From Camelus ferus (Eukaryota): DNA of 64,000 nt. Positions 22,249 to 35,074 of the stretch are shown here, one piece after another. The stretch lies in the NCBI RefSeq assembly GCF_009834535.1, contig NC_045698.1, positions 101,246,001-101,310,000 of the forward strand, in the 5' to 3' direction. Made by a program: the position numbers and the translations under genes. Each line of letters starts with the position of its first letter. The stretch's first letter is position 1. A model generated the notes under the pieces. It was not told the DNA's origin, made no database searches, and was given only the letters and a program-made list of their open reading frames with translations.

Positions 22249-25200
22249 ACCTTCTTTATTCTGACTCATTTGTACTTTTTTCTTCTCTTATTATAGATTT
22301 TTCTTCCTTCTCTTGGGACATCTGGACCCCAGTACTCTTCCTTTCACTGATGATTTGACTTCCTGCTGCTTGATAGCTAACTCATTATAGTTTAATGTTT
22401 TCAAGCACATTCATTTTATACTGTTTGTATAAGAAGGTACAGTCTTTATCAAAAAGAAATATACCACATACTTGTGCAAGGATGTAGATAAAATGCTATA
22501 ATCTTGGTAGTTGGGCTAGTGATTCTTTTATTGTGAGAGATTGGTTTTGCAGAGAAAATGATTTGATAGGACCTCCACAGGGGAGAAATGAGCCTCTGGG
22601 TTCCAGGCATGAAACCAGCACTCACATTTCATGCAGAAGTAGAAAGTTACTCTGTGTAATACAGGACTAAGAGGAAGGAGGAGAGGGTTCTGGTTTACAC
22701 AGGGAAAAGACGGGGAGATGAGTTAAGGACCCTAGTTTACAGAACAGCCAGAGAATCTTGAAAGAAGAATCATTAGCATAGATGTGTTTTCAGCTGAAAT
22801 GCATTATGCAGTAGACTAAGAAGCCCTCCTGTGAGCCCTACTTTTTCAGTTAAAAAAATCCTGCAATATTCTTGTTCTGTTTGGCTTTCTAGTGGAAGCT
22901 TGTTAAAAGGCTGGGTTGTATGTCAAGGTGAGATGTTGAAAGTCATAAACTGGAAATCGTCCTCTCACTGGCTCTTGTCACCAGAGAAGTAAAGCTGAGA
23001 GGTGGTTGGTGTTTTGGTGTGACCACAATGCTGTGCTCCTTGAACCATGCACAACTGGGCGATGTTTCTGTTAGCCCCTGAAGCTCGCAGAATCAATCCA
23101 GCAGGACATCCTTTATTGGAGGCTGGAGTATATACATGCCCAGTCAGGTTTGGTATGACACTGGGTAGGGGGGTGGAGTTTGGGGAGTGTTTTCTCTGCT
23201 TCATGCAACTCATTTCATAACTCACCTCCCCAACAGGACGGTCATCTTAGCTCTCTGGTGTTGTCTGTCCTTCATGGAGCCTTTCTCTGTTCAAGGAGAA
23301 AGATCTCCTGTTGAACTTTTTCTCTCTTTGTATTTTCCCCTGGGGTTCCTTAATCATCTTAACCATAACATAATCAAATTAAGTGTTATTGGAGATCCTG
23401 GATATACCACACATAAGTGAAGTGGCCAGATGTCTGACTATAAAGAATGGTGAGGACTGTGGCAAGCTGGTGAATTTATATCCTGGCTAAAGGATACAAC
23501 TTATGCTCGACTCTAGTCAATTGCTACCTGGCAGGAAAGTTGGCTACGGTAGCCTGATCTGATTTTCAACAGAATATGGAAATGGGGAACTGTATGTAAT
23601 ACTACTTTTACTGCACTGGAACCAGAGTTAATCCACAGTCCATCGATTTATAACCCTTGGCTTAAACCTTTCTTTTCTAAACTCACCCAACATGCCACAC
23701 ACATTTACGATTCTGCAAGTTGAAGAAGGGAGAGGAGAAGCCTCCCCTGGGTTTAGGCCTCCAGGAAGATTATCCAAAAGTCAGCCAGCCCTTTCATAGC
23801 ACTAATGAACGAACATCCCGCCGACAAGCCTTCTGCAGCCTATTGTACTAAGAGTGTTATCTCAGGTTCACTAAGTCCCCTGACTCAGGAATGAGTAGGG
23901 ACATGGGAATGAGAACAGTAAGAACACGAGCCTCCATCCCTCCTCGCCTGATACATCTTTCTTTCCATGATGCCAGGGCTTTATGTGATTCACTGGGTAA
24001 CTGTCTTTCCCATCTCTTTCTGCACAGTCTTTGTGGTTCTCACTTTCTTGCATTACACCTAGGGGAGTGTGTGGCATGTGTGTGTGTGGCGGGTGTGGGT
24101 GCGTGGTGTATCCTCTCACATACATACATGACATTACCAAGAATCTCCTGGGGGACATTCATCCTGAAAAAAAATAAAAAGAGCTTGAACACTCAGCATC
24201 TCTCCAGGTTTCTGTGCATAGTTTGGGCTTCTGAGAATGTTTTCATGAATTTCAAAGGGTGTGGTCTTCCCTCCTCTCTTGCTTTCCCTCTTCTTCTCCA
24301 GGGGAGGGAACACTTCTATCCCGGAGGCTGGGGCTGTGGGGAGCTGGGTCAGGGGAGCTCTGTTAGAGCTATAGGAAAAAAAAGTGTAGTGAAGAGTTGT
24401 AAAAAGAAAAAAAAGAACTTACAGCTAAGGAATTCCAGACACAGAAGTGAAATGAGAATGTTGTATATATGTATAAGTCAATATAGATTCAAGTAAAAAA
24501 TACACCACATCGAGTTCTTGGTTTTGTCAGATTATTCATTGATAAGTGATTTATAGGATTTAAATCAATCTCATTCTTTTTTATTTCTGATACCACATCT
24601 GAGCCATTACAAGCTCTTACTTATTCTACTGAAAACTTCTATCTAGCTCATCCTAGAGTGGTTTTCATTTCGGTAGTAAAGTTAGAGGAGTAATTACTCC
24701 GTGTCAGATGTGTGTAGATATGCTGTAGCCAATCTGCAGTGTTTTTTCTTTATCTTTTTAACAGCTATGGAATCCAACTTTATTGGCGGTGTCATTTCTC
24801 TGCCTTGGTTACTTTCATATATAAGTTAAACAAGATATTTTAAGTGCATGAGAATCATCTCACATCAATGGCAGCTTAACTTCATGAGGCTTAGCTCTGG
24901 TCGCGGCAGCAGAATAGACTTGTGTTTTTAAATTATTCAAGTAAATAGCTAACGTCCAAAGCATAGATTGAGCTGGACCAGCATATTATTTGGCCCGTTC
25001 TGTCTGCTTCACTGCATATAGACACATGATTGCGTTGTCTTAGGTGACTTTTCACAATGCATTGATCCTAAACTAACACTCATCTTAGGAAAGGATGCAG
25101 GCATCCATGAAATGGGATTTTGCTGTATTAATGCAGGCTTTCTCTTAGGTGCCTGGCTTCACAGTGAATATTCATTTACCACCCATGGAGCGAGGGATAC

Positions 25201-27464
25201 ACACTTCGGGTATTGCCAGAAGAACTTTCCGCCCTTAGTATGTTTTGTGCTCAAAAGTAGATTCGTTTATCGTAAAATGTTCAAGGCAGCTACATGACTT
25301 TCACCACTACCTATCCATTTTTTTTCCTTCTCCTGATTATTAGTTTTTCCCATTTTTATGACTACTCTGTGGTCATGTTCCTGGGGCATTTTCAATGATG
25401 ACAACATGGTCACGTGAAGGAGGCTCTTTTGTTATTTAGGCTGTGTTTACACATCGGGCTGGACTTCAGATGAGGATTGGGGGATTAGTAAACAAAAAGA
25501 TCTTTCATGTCCTGGAAAAAGAGGGACTTACTTGAGATGGGTTTAGACTTGTAATGAAAGGAGTGTAGGTGTTCTCTAAGTAAGCTTTGTGACGGTGAGG
25601 GCCATGAGAGAACGGAGCGCATTACTGAGGGAGGCTTTGGAAGATACTTTTGGAGAATATCTTCAAGGACATCATCATGATAGATTAGAGACAAGGAGCT
25701 CATTAGAGATTCAGGGCATGCTGCATCCTAAATATAGTTATTTTATTTTCAAAGATAATACGTTGACTATTTTTCAGATAGATTTCTTGGTGGAGGCATG
25801 ACAGAAAATACCAATATGGGGCCATTCTCTCTCCCTTTTGAAGTTCCACACAGATAGCTCCTATAAAATGCACCAAATAAGATTATCCATGCTTTTTCCC
25901 CTGTGGTTAGTGTCTGATACGGAGAATTTTAGTTAAAGTAAATCGGTGGTTGTAGCTTCAAATCCTCATCACTGCATCATTGCATCACTGCGATCAGAAA
26001 TATGCCAAGGAAGTTGTACTCAAATCAAACAATATGTTGATAAAAGAGTAACCAACCACCCAAGAGTTTCCAACATTTAAATGTGCTATGTCATAAAAGT
26101 TGTCTGTATATTTACTTTCTCATTTTCTTTACATGCAAATTCTGTGCCCCAGCGGTATGCCAGATACATGCATACTTGCTTTTGTGAATGTGTTTTGTGC
26201 TGCCTAGAATACCATTCACCATAATATGGAATCCACCTTCAGAACCCAGTGCAGGCATCAGCAACTCCAGGAAGGCTCCCTGGATGCCATGCTCCTCTCC
26301 TCTGACATCACACTTGGGCTCCTCTTCTTGGGCTTAACTATATTTAGTTGCTCCAAGAAAAATGGCAATTTATCTTATTCATATCCACATATGCAGCAGC
26401 TAACACCATGCCCAACAGGCGTAGACACACCACAGCCAAGCAGCAAATGAACGAATGCTTATTCGTGGGGAGACAGAGCATCTCTGTATCCACTGCAAGA
26501 CCCTTCATGTTCATGGTGTCCAAAGGTGCAGTCTCCTTGGTTCAAGAGAACAGGACTATGATCACAAAGTCACCGCTAACTTCTCACGTCACTTCATCCA
26601 GCCTGTGTGTATCTTACACACTGTTCTGTACGTTACTACCTTTCTGTTCCCAGCACTCCGAATTCTCCAGTTGGCAGCATCAGGTTGTTATTCCCACTCT
26701 GCTCTGATAAAATGGGTTTGGCACTTTTCCGCTGCCTTCACCCTGCCGTATCTTACCCCTGCAGAGAAGCAGAAACCTGCGGATTCACTTTCCACAGTTT
26801 AGTGGGGCCATTTCACCTTCCCTGGTGTCTCACAGATAAGTTTGACAAAAGCAGAAGAAATCACAGTTGATGAGAACCTGGGCATCTCTTAAATGATAAA
26901 TGAGGACTTAGAAAATTGCCCACCTTCGCTGTAAACTGCATTTGCTGGGCAAGTCGAGGAATTAAACTGCCATCTTTCATCTCACGTGGCGGAGATTTCT
27001 CCGCAGTCAGAGCTGCCATCTTGACCTTTCTTCTCACATTTTGTTGAGTTATTCACTCCCCAGCTCAGCTTCTTCTGTTTGAAGTACTCAGATCTACCTT
27101 TTTTCCCTGGGACGGGTTACTTGTTTTCTCCCCAGCTTTTTCTCATGCTGTTGAGCTGCATCGTGTGTTAATAAGCTTTTTACTGTGCTAAATTGCTTTG
27201 TTTCTGTAGCTGATTAGAAGGCAAAAGGGCCCTAGAGGGTGAAGGGAAAAAAAAAAAAAAGAAACATTTCAAAGTAATTAGAATGATTACAGCAGCTGAA
27301 AACACTGCTTTCCTAAAACAGCAATATTTTCTCAGGAGACTTTGTTTTTGTTGTTGTTTTACAATAGCCCATGAGGCTCCAGGATCAGTGCTTGCAAAGC
27401 ACATGGTGGCTGGTAGGTCTTCATTATAGAACTGAAGGAGAGCCACGCATTAGAATTGTTCAAA

Positions 27465-27604
27465 GGGGGAGGGTACAGCTCAGTGACAGAGTGCCTGCTT
27501 AGCAAGCACGAGGTCCTGGGTTCAATCCCCAGTATCCCATTATAGATAAATAAGCCTAATTACCTCCTCCCCACAAAAAAAATAAATAAATAAAAAATAA
27601 TAAT
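27465..27604 (+). mobile_element. Camelid tRNA-Ala-derived SINE (vic-1-like)
   Basis: GGGGGAGGGTACAGCTCAGTGACAGAGTGCCTGCTTAGCAAGCACGAGGTCCTGGGTTCAATCCCCAGTA with an A/(TAAA)n tail. Degenerate TSD AGAATTGTTCAAA / ATAAATGCTCAAA (10/13). Confidence 0.88.
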
Positions 27605-29146
27605 AAATGCTCAAATACATTAATGTGACCATCCAAGGGTCATCTTGCTCATCTTGTATTTGGTTCCAGTTACATCACCTGCCTTCAAGACCACCCGAGC
27701 TTGAAGCTTGGCAGCAGTTCTGAAGGGTGTAAAACACTGGGTTAAACACAATATTATGATGACTATGTAAAAATCTACTCCTTAAAGGTGGTGAGTTGTA
27801 GACATCTCTGTGATAGAAAAAAACTAAATCAGCAAATAAATGTGGCAGCTATGATTTGACGGTTATGAAAAGCTGAATTTTCCTAGTGAAAGATTAGTTC
27901 TTCTGCAATGAAGTAAATAACACTCTCCCCTCTAGGGTTTGAGTTTTCAAGGTGAGTAGAAGCCAATGAACTGGAGATGGAGAGCCTGTATGGGTCTCAG
28001 CCTTCTCTCTTGCTCCCCCACGCTGATCAGGTAGCCTAGGATGGCTCGTGTCTGAATGCATTCAAACCTTTGCACAGCGGGTGTCCATCATTTCCTTGTA
28101 ATGGACGTACTCATTTTAGGCCCTTTTCAGCATCCTTGAAGGTGGGAAAAGTTGGTAAGGAGGCAAAGGTAAGGCTTCAGAACTGGAGAATGAAGAAGAG
28201 GGTGGGAAAGGGGATTGGCCCATTCATGATTCAAATCTCCCTCTGTTGTCTCCATCACACGTTTTGCAAACAGCAGCACTGGCTGCATTACTGCTGAACA
28301 TACTGACACCTCGCAATGAAGTTTTCAACTTAAATATATTTTCCAAGTAACTTTAAAATAAAACTCCACTTGCAATTTACATCTTCCAATGTATATTTTC
28401 CAATTTGCTGTCATACTAAGACAAAATATATTGAACAAAATGTATCCTGATGATTCTGGGTGGGTTTTTATAAGTAGCCGGGAATTCTGCAGGCATTACC
28501 AATGTTTACAGTGCTATTGATTTAAGAGACTGGTTGCTACTAAACGAATGGATTTTTATGGTAATGGTGGCTTCCAGCTTTTTCTTTGTAATCATGAGCG
28601 CTGGAATACTCTTTAAAGTTTTAAGATGGATAAATAGATAATCAGATGTGTAAAATTAAGTGACATTTAAGTGAGAGTCAATGTAATTGTAGGATGGACT
28701 CTTTCATGGGACAAAGTGTAGACATTCTGTGTTGTCTACGTTGGCTGTTGAGACGTTCATTACCTTTTGGATTCGTTGCTGGACGTCTGACATTAGTGGG
28801 GCATTATAGTTTGTGTTCTGGCTAAAGGGAATATTGTCTTCAGCTGGGAACAAACAATCAGCAAACTCATGAATCATAATTCCCTTCATAGTTCTCTGTA
28901 AATAATAATATATTATATGAGCATACAACCATTTGCCTTGATTATAGTTGTCACTGAAGGGAAATGTTGATTGAGGCCATAACCTTTCACTAAAATATAA
29001 GGCTCACAAGTCCAGAAAAATATTTTCATTTACTCACAGGTATGGATGACTTTGGTGAAGACAATATGCATAATATCAATAAGTCATTGAAATAGGTGAT
29101 CAGGTACATGGCATATGTATTTGTTACTCGTTTTCCCATACTTAGC

Positions 29147-29268
29147 TTTTTTTTTTAGGGGGAAGTAATTGGATTTATTGACGTATTTTTGGAGGAGATA
29201 CTGGGGATTGAACCTAGAACATTGCGCATGCTAAACATGTGCTCTCCCACTTGAGCTATACCCTCCCC
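29147..29268 (-). mobile_element. Camelid tRNA-Ala-derived SINE (vic-1-like), reverse strand
   Basis: T10 tail...GATACTGGGGATTGAACCTAG...TTGAGCTATACCCTCCCCC. TSD CCATACTTAGCTTT / CCATATTTAGTTTT (2 mismatches). Confidence 0.88.
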
Positions 29269-29310
29269 CCCATATTTAGTTTTAAATAGTCTTCAATAAT
29301 ATACTTGGAG

Positions 29311-29570
29311 GGGGTAGGAAGGGATAGACTGGGAGTTCAAAATTTGTAGATACTGACAGGCATATGTAGAACAGATAAACAAGATTATACTGTATAGCAC
29401 ATGGAAATATATACAGGATCTTGTGGTAGCTCACAGCGGAAAAAAAAATGTGACAATGAATATATGTATGTTCATGTATAACTGAAAAATTGTGCTCTAC
29501 ACTGGAATTTGACACAACATTGTAAAATGACTATAACTCAAAAAAATGTTTAAAAAAATTTTTTTTAAAT
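29311..29570 (+). mobile_element. Young camelid L1 3' end (260 bp) with 16-bp TSD
   Basis: GGGATAGACTGGGAGTTCAAAATTTGTAGATACTGACAGG...GACACAACATTGTAAAATGACTATAACTCA. TSD AATAATATACTTGGAG (29295-29310) / AATAATGTACTTGGAG (29571-29586). Confidence 0.9.
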
Positions 29571-31099
29571 AATAATGTACTTGGAGTCAAGCCATAGGCA
29601 TTTGTCTTTTGTTCCCTTCACATCCACTTCTACTTCTTCTGGGTGTAGCTCCCTGTTCTTATTTGGAATGTTATTCCACCTTCACTGACAATGGGTAAAA
29701 TCCTCTTTCTTCCACATTAAATCCCTTTTTTTTTCCCCTCCAGACATCTGCTTCATGCCACTCCATCGCTATAAAATGATTTCCTCTGCTTCCCATTCTC
29801 ACAGTAGAAAATACGGCCACCATAAGCTCCCAAGTTCAGGTAGTGATTGTCCAGCCACCCAGAAGAGAGTGAATCAACCCTTGATTCCAACCCCAAATTT
29901 GTAAGCATATAAATCTCTGGACCATTCAACTGTTTCATGAGTAGTGATCATATTGGAAAGAAATGTTGCTCCCACTCAAATCATGTAAGGGTATGTCTGT
30001 GTTGGGAGGTGGGGACAAGGTTCCCCCAAAGGGGAAGTGGTTCCCCAAAAGTGGGGTGTCCACTACTTCCTATGTGGGCCTGATAGTGACATCTGATTTA
30101 AAAAGACATCCAGGGTGCCTTTAATAAATTGGACATGCCATCTATTCTTCCTTAAAAATATTACTGGTGGAGAGTGAGGCTGAGCTATCTAGTAATCATT
30201 GTTTAGGATTTTAAAGATTGTTCTTATAAGGTTTTCACAGCATCCAGCTGCCACGGAGAGATAGTAGTCCAGAAATGTGTACAGACAGAAAATGATGGAG
30301 TGGATATGTCTAGTGGATTGACAGAAAGACTGTTAAGAGCAAAGCAAATACTTTTAATCTCTTCTCTTCTACAGAGCTGAATAACTGTTGACTTCTCCTC
30401 TCAGCTGATTGTAAGAGGCCCTCTGAATTGAGTATGTCTAGGATGTACCACACATATTCTGAATGGCACTTCCAGCTGAAGCATCCCAGCTGCACCTCAC
30501 CAACTCCCGCAAACCCCACAAACCTTCATGAAGTTAGTGGCAGGGGGAATTTCTTGAGAGTATATTTCTGTATATTCTTGGGCATTGTAAAAAGACTAGT
30601 GCTTGGTGATTTGAGATTGATGAATGTCCTAGTATTCTCAGGTAGTTATTGACCCCTCTGTGGTAGTGCTATGGTACCGTGGTCACACTGGTTCTCTTTC
30701 GTTTACATGACTTCTTACCTTGACTCTCTATTTGCTCTGCAGTCCGTTGGAAACACTCAGTACCCATTTACAAAGTCAATGAATATGTGTGTTTACAAAA
30801 GGAACATATCTCTGTTTTTTAAATCTCCTAGATTTAGTAGTTTAATGCAGTGCTTACACGAACGTTCAGTGAATACATAGAGGATGAAGGAAGAAAGGAG
30901 TGAAAGGAGACCCATTCCAGTTCGCTTTTGAAGCTTTATTTGGGGGGTGGGGGAAGCCTCCCGCCATTCCTCAAAGCAGTGGAAGTAATTACGGGAACTT
31001 GGACTACACTTGTTTGAGTCAATGCACACGCACTTGGTAAACTATAAAGGTGTGTGACTGTTACCACAAGGGGCAACCCCAAGCTCACGCCAGCTAAAT

Positions 31100-31325
31100 T
31101 AGCTTCCACCTCTAGAGCCCTTTGCAAAGCACTTTCATGTGCAACATCCCTGGCAGTCTTCTCAGCCACCTCATGAGGGAGCTATTTTGTTACGTCCACG
31201 TTACAGATGAAGAAGCAGGTTCTTTGAGAGAGGATCATTGATTTGAGGTCACTTATTTAATAGTGAAGTCAAGGTACAAGCTCCGTTTTTCTGAATCTAA
31301 GTCTGAACTCCTTCTTCTACACTAG
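31100..31325 (-). mobile_element. MIR SINE
   Basis: CTTTGCAAAGCACTTTCATGTGC...GTTACAGATGAAGAAGC...CTGAATCTAAGTCTGAACTC. Confidence 0.6.
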
Positions 31326-31946
31326 GACAAATATCCCAGGGTAATAATCTGTTTTAATGAGTAATGATGCTTCTTACTTATTCAAAATGTAAAGAAGTAA
31401 TTGGGTACTCTTCTGCTTCATCAGAAAGGAAATCATCCAGTCCCCAGGTTTTGGAGCTATGCCTGAGCCCTGAGCTAGGCATGGAGGTCTCTGGCAAGAG
31501 CTGAAGTGTTAGAGTTGAGGAGTGTGAGAATTTCAGTCAGTCACATGAGTGACTGCGTAGATGAAGCTTTTAAAGTAGATTTCTTCACACTTGAAACATG
31601 ACCCAGCAAGAGCTTTGCCACCAGGTGGACGTTAACTCTTCAGTCCATCCTATAAGGGACAGGTGTTTACCAACAGCCGTCTGCATTAGGAATTCATTGG
31701 TGACCTCTCTCCCTTTATTTAACCAATAAGCAGTTCTGGAGTCAGAGAGGTTTAATAACTTGCCTAAGGACACAGTGTTAGTAAGCAGCAAAGCTAGCAT
31801 TTCTACTCTCCATTAGTTGCTCTCACTTTTTTTAGGTCAAATGTTACATAGAACACATTATTTATTATTAATCAGGAAACAAAAACAAGTCAAATTTCAA
31901 CTTCAGAGCAAGCCTTTAAAATAAATGAACTTTTTATGTATCACTG

Positions 31947-32444
31947 TGTCGACTGAAATAAATGCACAACCTAAAAGTGGAGAGTTATGTTTTATTTGGT
32001 GGACATTTCTGAGGGCTCGAATCCCTTTGAGCCCAGGATGACAGCCTCCCAGATCGCTCTGAGGGACTGCTGCAAAGAGGTAGGGGAGGAGCCAGGATAT
32101 ATTGGAGTTTTACGACAAGGACCAGGTCAGCAGAACATGAAAAGATTACTCGTTAACTGAAGAAAACCAGGCATCTCAAGTCAAAGAATTTAGCACTTTT
32201 CTATGTATGGGAGGAAGCAAATATTTGGGCTCATTGAATTCATTACTTTGACAAGCATCTAGCTATCTAGGGCCTGTATCCTGTCCTTTCTTATTCTGAG
32301 TGCCCTCAGGGTGCACCATTGTGAACGGCTGCAGGGGCCGGGCTGCAGGTTTGTCTTCACTGGGGGGTAGCGGCAGCCGCTGATGACTTAATGCTTTCAA
32401 CAGTCTTTGTTTACCAATACGGTTTACAGTATTTTTCATTCATA
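31947..32444 (-). mobile_element. ERV1-class solo LTR (about 498 bp; family not confidently named)
   Basis: 4-bp TSD ACTG (31943-31946 / 32445-32448), minus-strand 3' end ...GTCGACA, minus-strand AATAAA at 31991-31996 and TATA-like element near 32097-32103. Body resembles Laurasiatherian ERV1 LTRs (recalled). Confidence 0.8.
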
Positions 32445-32787
32445 ACTGCTTTCCTTTCATTACCAATCTTCATCTTTTCCTTTATTAATTCACTCTGAAT
32501 ATTATCTTGGATTTAATACACTTTCTTGAGATTTTTTTATCCTCAACTTTAGTCTTACTTGAGAATTGGATGTTATAGAATATGATAATGCAGAAAACTT
32601 CTGTTTTAACCCTAGAACTGTAATTTATGCAGTCTGAACTCTCATGCCAACCATAGGAAGGTCTTCATTTACATTCTCAGCCCTCATGATCTGGAGGAGA
32701 ATGAATCTGTCTCTAGGCTATTTATTTAGCCTATTATTCCATCTCTTCTTCCGAGCCATGCTGAGAGGCAGCAACGTGGGGAAAATA

Positions 32788-33060
32788 TTTATTCATTCAA
32801 CAAATAATTATCGGATGCCTACAGCATTTGAGGTGCCCTGTTCAAGACATAGGAAATACATCAGTGACCTATACTAAGACCTTGCTCTCATGAAATTTTC
32901 ATTCTGGTAGATAAAATAGGTAAGAATGTATGCATACATATGTGTGTGAACGTGTGTAACTGTATATCTGAGCATCTGTGGAGAGTAAATGCTGTAGAGA
33001 TGAAGAAAGCAAAGCAAGAGAGATGACTAATGGATGGATGTGGGTATTCCATACAGGTCG
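32788..33060 (-). mobile_element. L2 3' end
   Basis: TTTATTCATTCAACAAATAATTATCGGATGCCTAC...CTTGCTCTCATGAAATTTTCATTCTGGTAG. Confidence 0.65.
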
Positions 33061-34229
33061 TCATGGGGGACCTCTTTGGGAGCTACAGGAAGTTAGCCTC
33101 TGAGGGTAGCCCCCTTCCCTCCTTCCCCGCAGCCAAGTTACCTCTGGAGTTGCCCATTGTAGCAAAGTAAGTGGATCCCAGGGTAGATGGACATTTCTGC
33201 TCTGCAAACAAGTCATTAGAAATACACGCTTGCCAAAGGCAGAAATCATCAAGTCAAGAACAGCCAGGAAAAGTGTAAGAAACACGTACAGGGTGTGACG
33301 TATAGGCATGCTTGTAAAAATTCTCCTGATTGTATCAAGCTGCCCTTTCTGTTGGTTATGCAAGTTTTAAGCTCAGAAGTGATTTGATCCTTTTTCTGCT
33401 TGGGAGAAGGAAGAGTTAGTTTCTCTTTCTTCCAAAGGTCTTGTTTATTGCTGGAGCAATGACCAAATTGAAATTGGACTCCAGCGTGTGGACTGTCTGT
33501 GAATGCGTACTGTCTTCTGCAGAGTCTCCTGAAATCTCACATTTAAAAATTTCTTTTGTCATGACTAATGAATCTTATCATTTATCTCTGAAGCACATGG
33601 TTACACACATTTAATATTTTATGCAACTCTTTTATATGGATGTGAATTTAATTATAGCCAATCTAACTGTTTAGTACCTTTTTCTGTGTGTGATAAGTTA
33701 TCATGGCTATCTGCCCAGCCAGGTGGATTTCCTTGTTTCTGGTGCAGCCCTACCTAACACTAATTTTTAAATCCTTTTTTTGAGAACAAAGAGAAGCATG
33801 CACTGGGGGCACCATGTGGCAGAAACTGGAAATGATGATGCGTTCAAAAGAAAAAGGGAAAGGTTGGAGTTGGAATATCATGGGGAGAAGGAGAGCAAAA
33901 TGGGGGTCTAGCTTCACCTGGTGTTGGAAGGGTCTGTGCATGGGAGTTGGGAGTGGAGCTATTTTACAGTGGCTAGAAATTCAGTCATTAAGTCAGTAAA
34001 TAAACTCACAAGAAGATGTCAAAGAGGCTTTAAGAGTGTCCTCAAACCAGGACTGAGTGGATCAGTCACCTCCAGGACGTAATTGTGACATTTATCTTCT
34101 GTGTTCTTGTTCTCTTTTCCCTTTCCTTTTTTCCTTTGGTGTTTGTTCCTTTTGTTCCAAGGCAGTTGGCGCTTTCATGAGCTCCCTACTACCCCGACCC
34201 CCAACAATTACTGCTCAATTTCTCCCTCC

Positions 34230-34400
34230 ATCTTCTCCCATTGGATCCCACCTAGACCTACCCTATACTTCTACTATAATCCTTATTTTCATTAAAACAT
34301 GAGCCTCCTTATTCCATCCCCAGCTTACCTGGTTTATTGTATCATGAACAGCCTCAGACATGCAGTAGGTGCTCAAATTCTGTTTCTTGAATAAATATAA
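34230..34400 (+). mobile_element. L2 3' end
   Basis: CAGACATGCAGTAGGTGCTCAAATTCTGTTTCTTGAATAAAT. Confidence 0.5.
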
Positions 34401-34734
34401 GTCATAGCTTAATATGTAACCTCTACCAAAGACCACAGGTATTTTGTGAAGACTTCTTAGAAACATACCTTGGCTTGATCTAAAGGTGGCGCTTTCAAGG
34501 TCCTTAGTGATATCAGGAAGAGATGTATTTATAAAGCCGAACCCTTGATGAAGTTCTTCATTTGCTCAGTCAGTTCCTTTGGGCAGAGATTCTGAAATGC
34601 ATAGTGAGATTGAAGGTCATCTTCTGCATATCTATTCAGAATCTGGCCCAGGTGTTATATTAATAATTTTCCTTTCATTAACACTGTCCCCACATGAATA
34701 CTTCTAAGGCTGACCTCCTTGAATCAAGAGACAG

Positions 34735-34870
34735 GATGGCATGTGGAAAGTGAAGCAGATGTGAGACACAAGTATCTTCTTCACCTCCTGGCTCTGCCCC
34801 TTACCAGCAGTGTGATGCTGGGCGAGTCTCCCCATCTCTCCCAGCTGTGATTTTCTCCTTGTGAAATGAC
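34735..34870 (+). mobile_element. MIR fragment
   Basis: CCTGGCTCTGCCCCTTACCAGCAGTGTGATGCTGGGCGAGTC...TTTTCTCCTTGTGAAATG. Confidence 0.6.
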
Positions 34871-35074
34871 TCCTTCAGCTGACCTCCCCTACTGTGGAAC
34901 CCCTGGGTGTGCATCTTCTTTACAGACTCTGAGGTGTAGACAAAGACTTAAAGGCCTGTTTAATTCTAGGATTTGGATTTTCACTCTAAGTCTCAGATTA
35001 TTGGCTTTCTGCTCCCCACGTTTCAACTGATCGGTCGATCTGTAGTAGTCATTCATGGTAGAATTGTGCCAGTT

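Noticed and set aside
23891-24496. Longest ORF in the track (201 aa, + strand)
   Set aside because: It runs through (GT)-rich and A-run low-complexity DNA (VACVCVAGV, KKKKK), has no recognisable domain and no exon-like boundaries. Consistent with a chance ORF.
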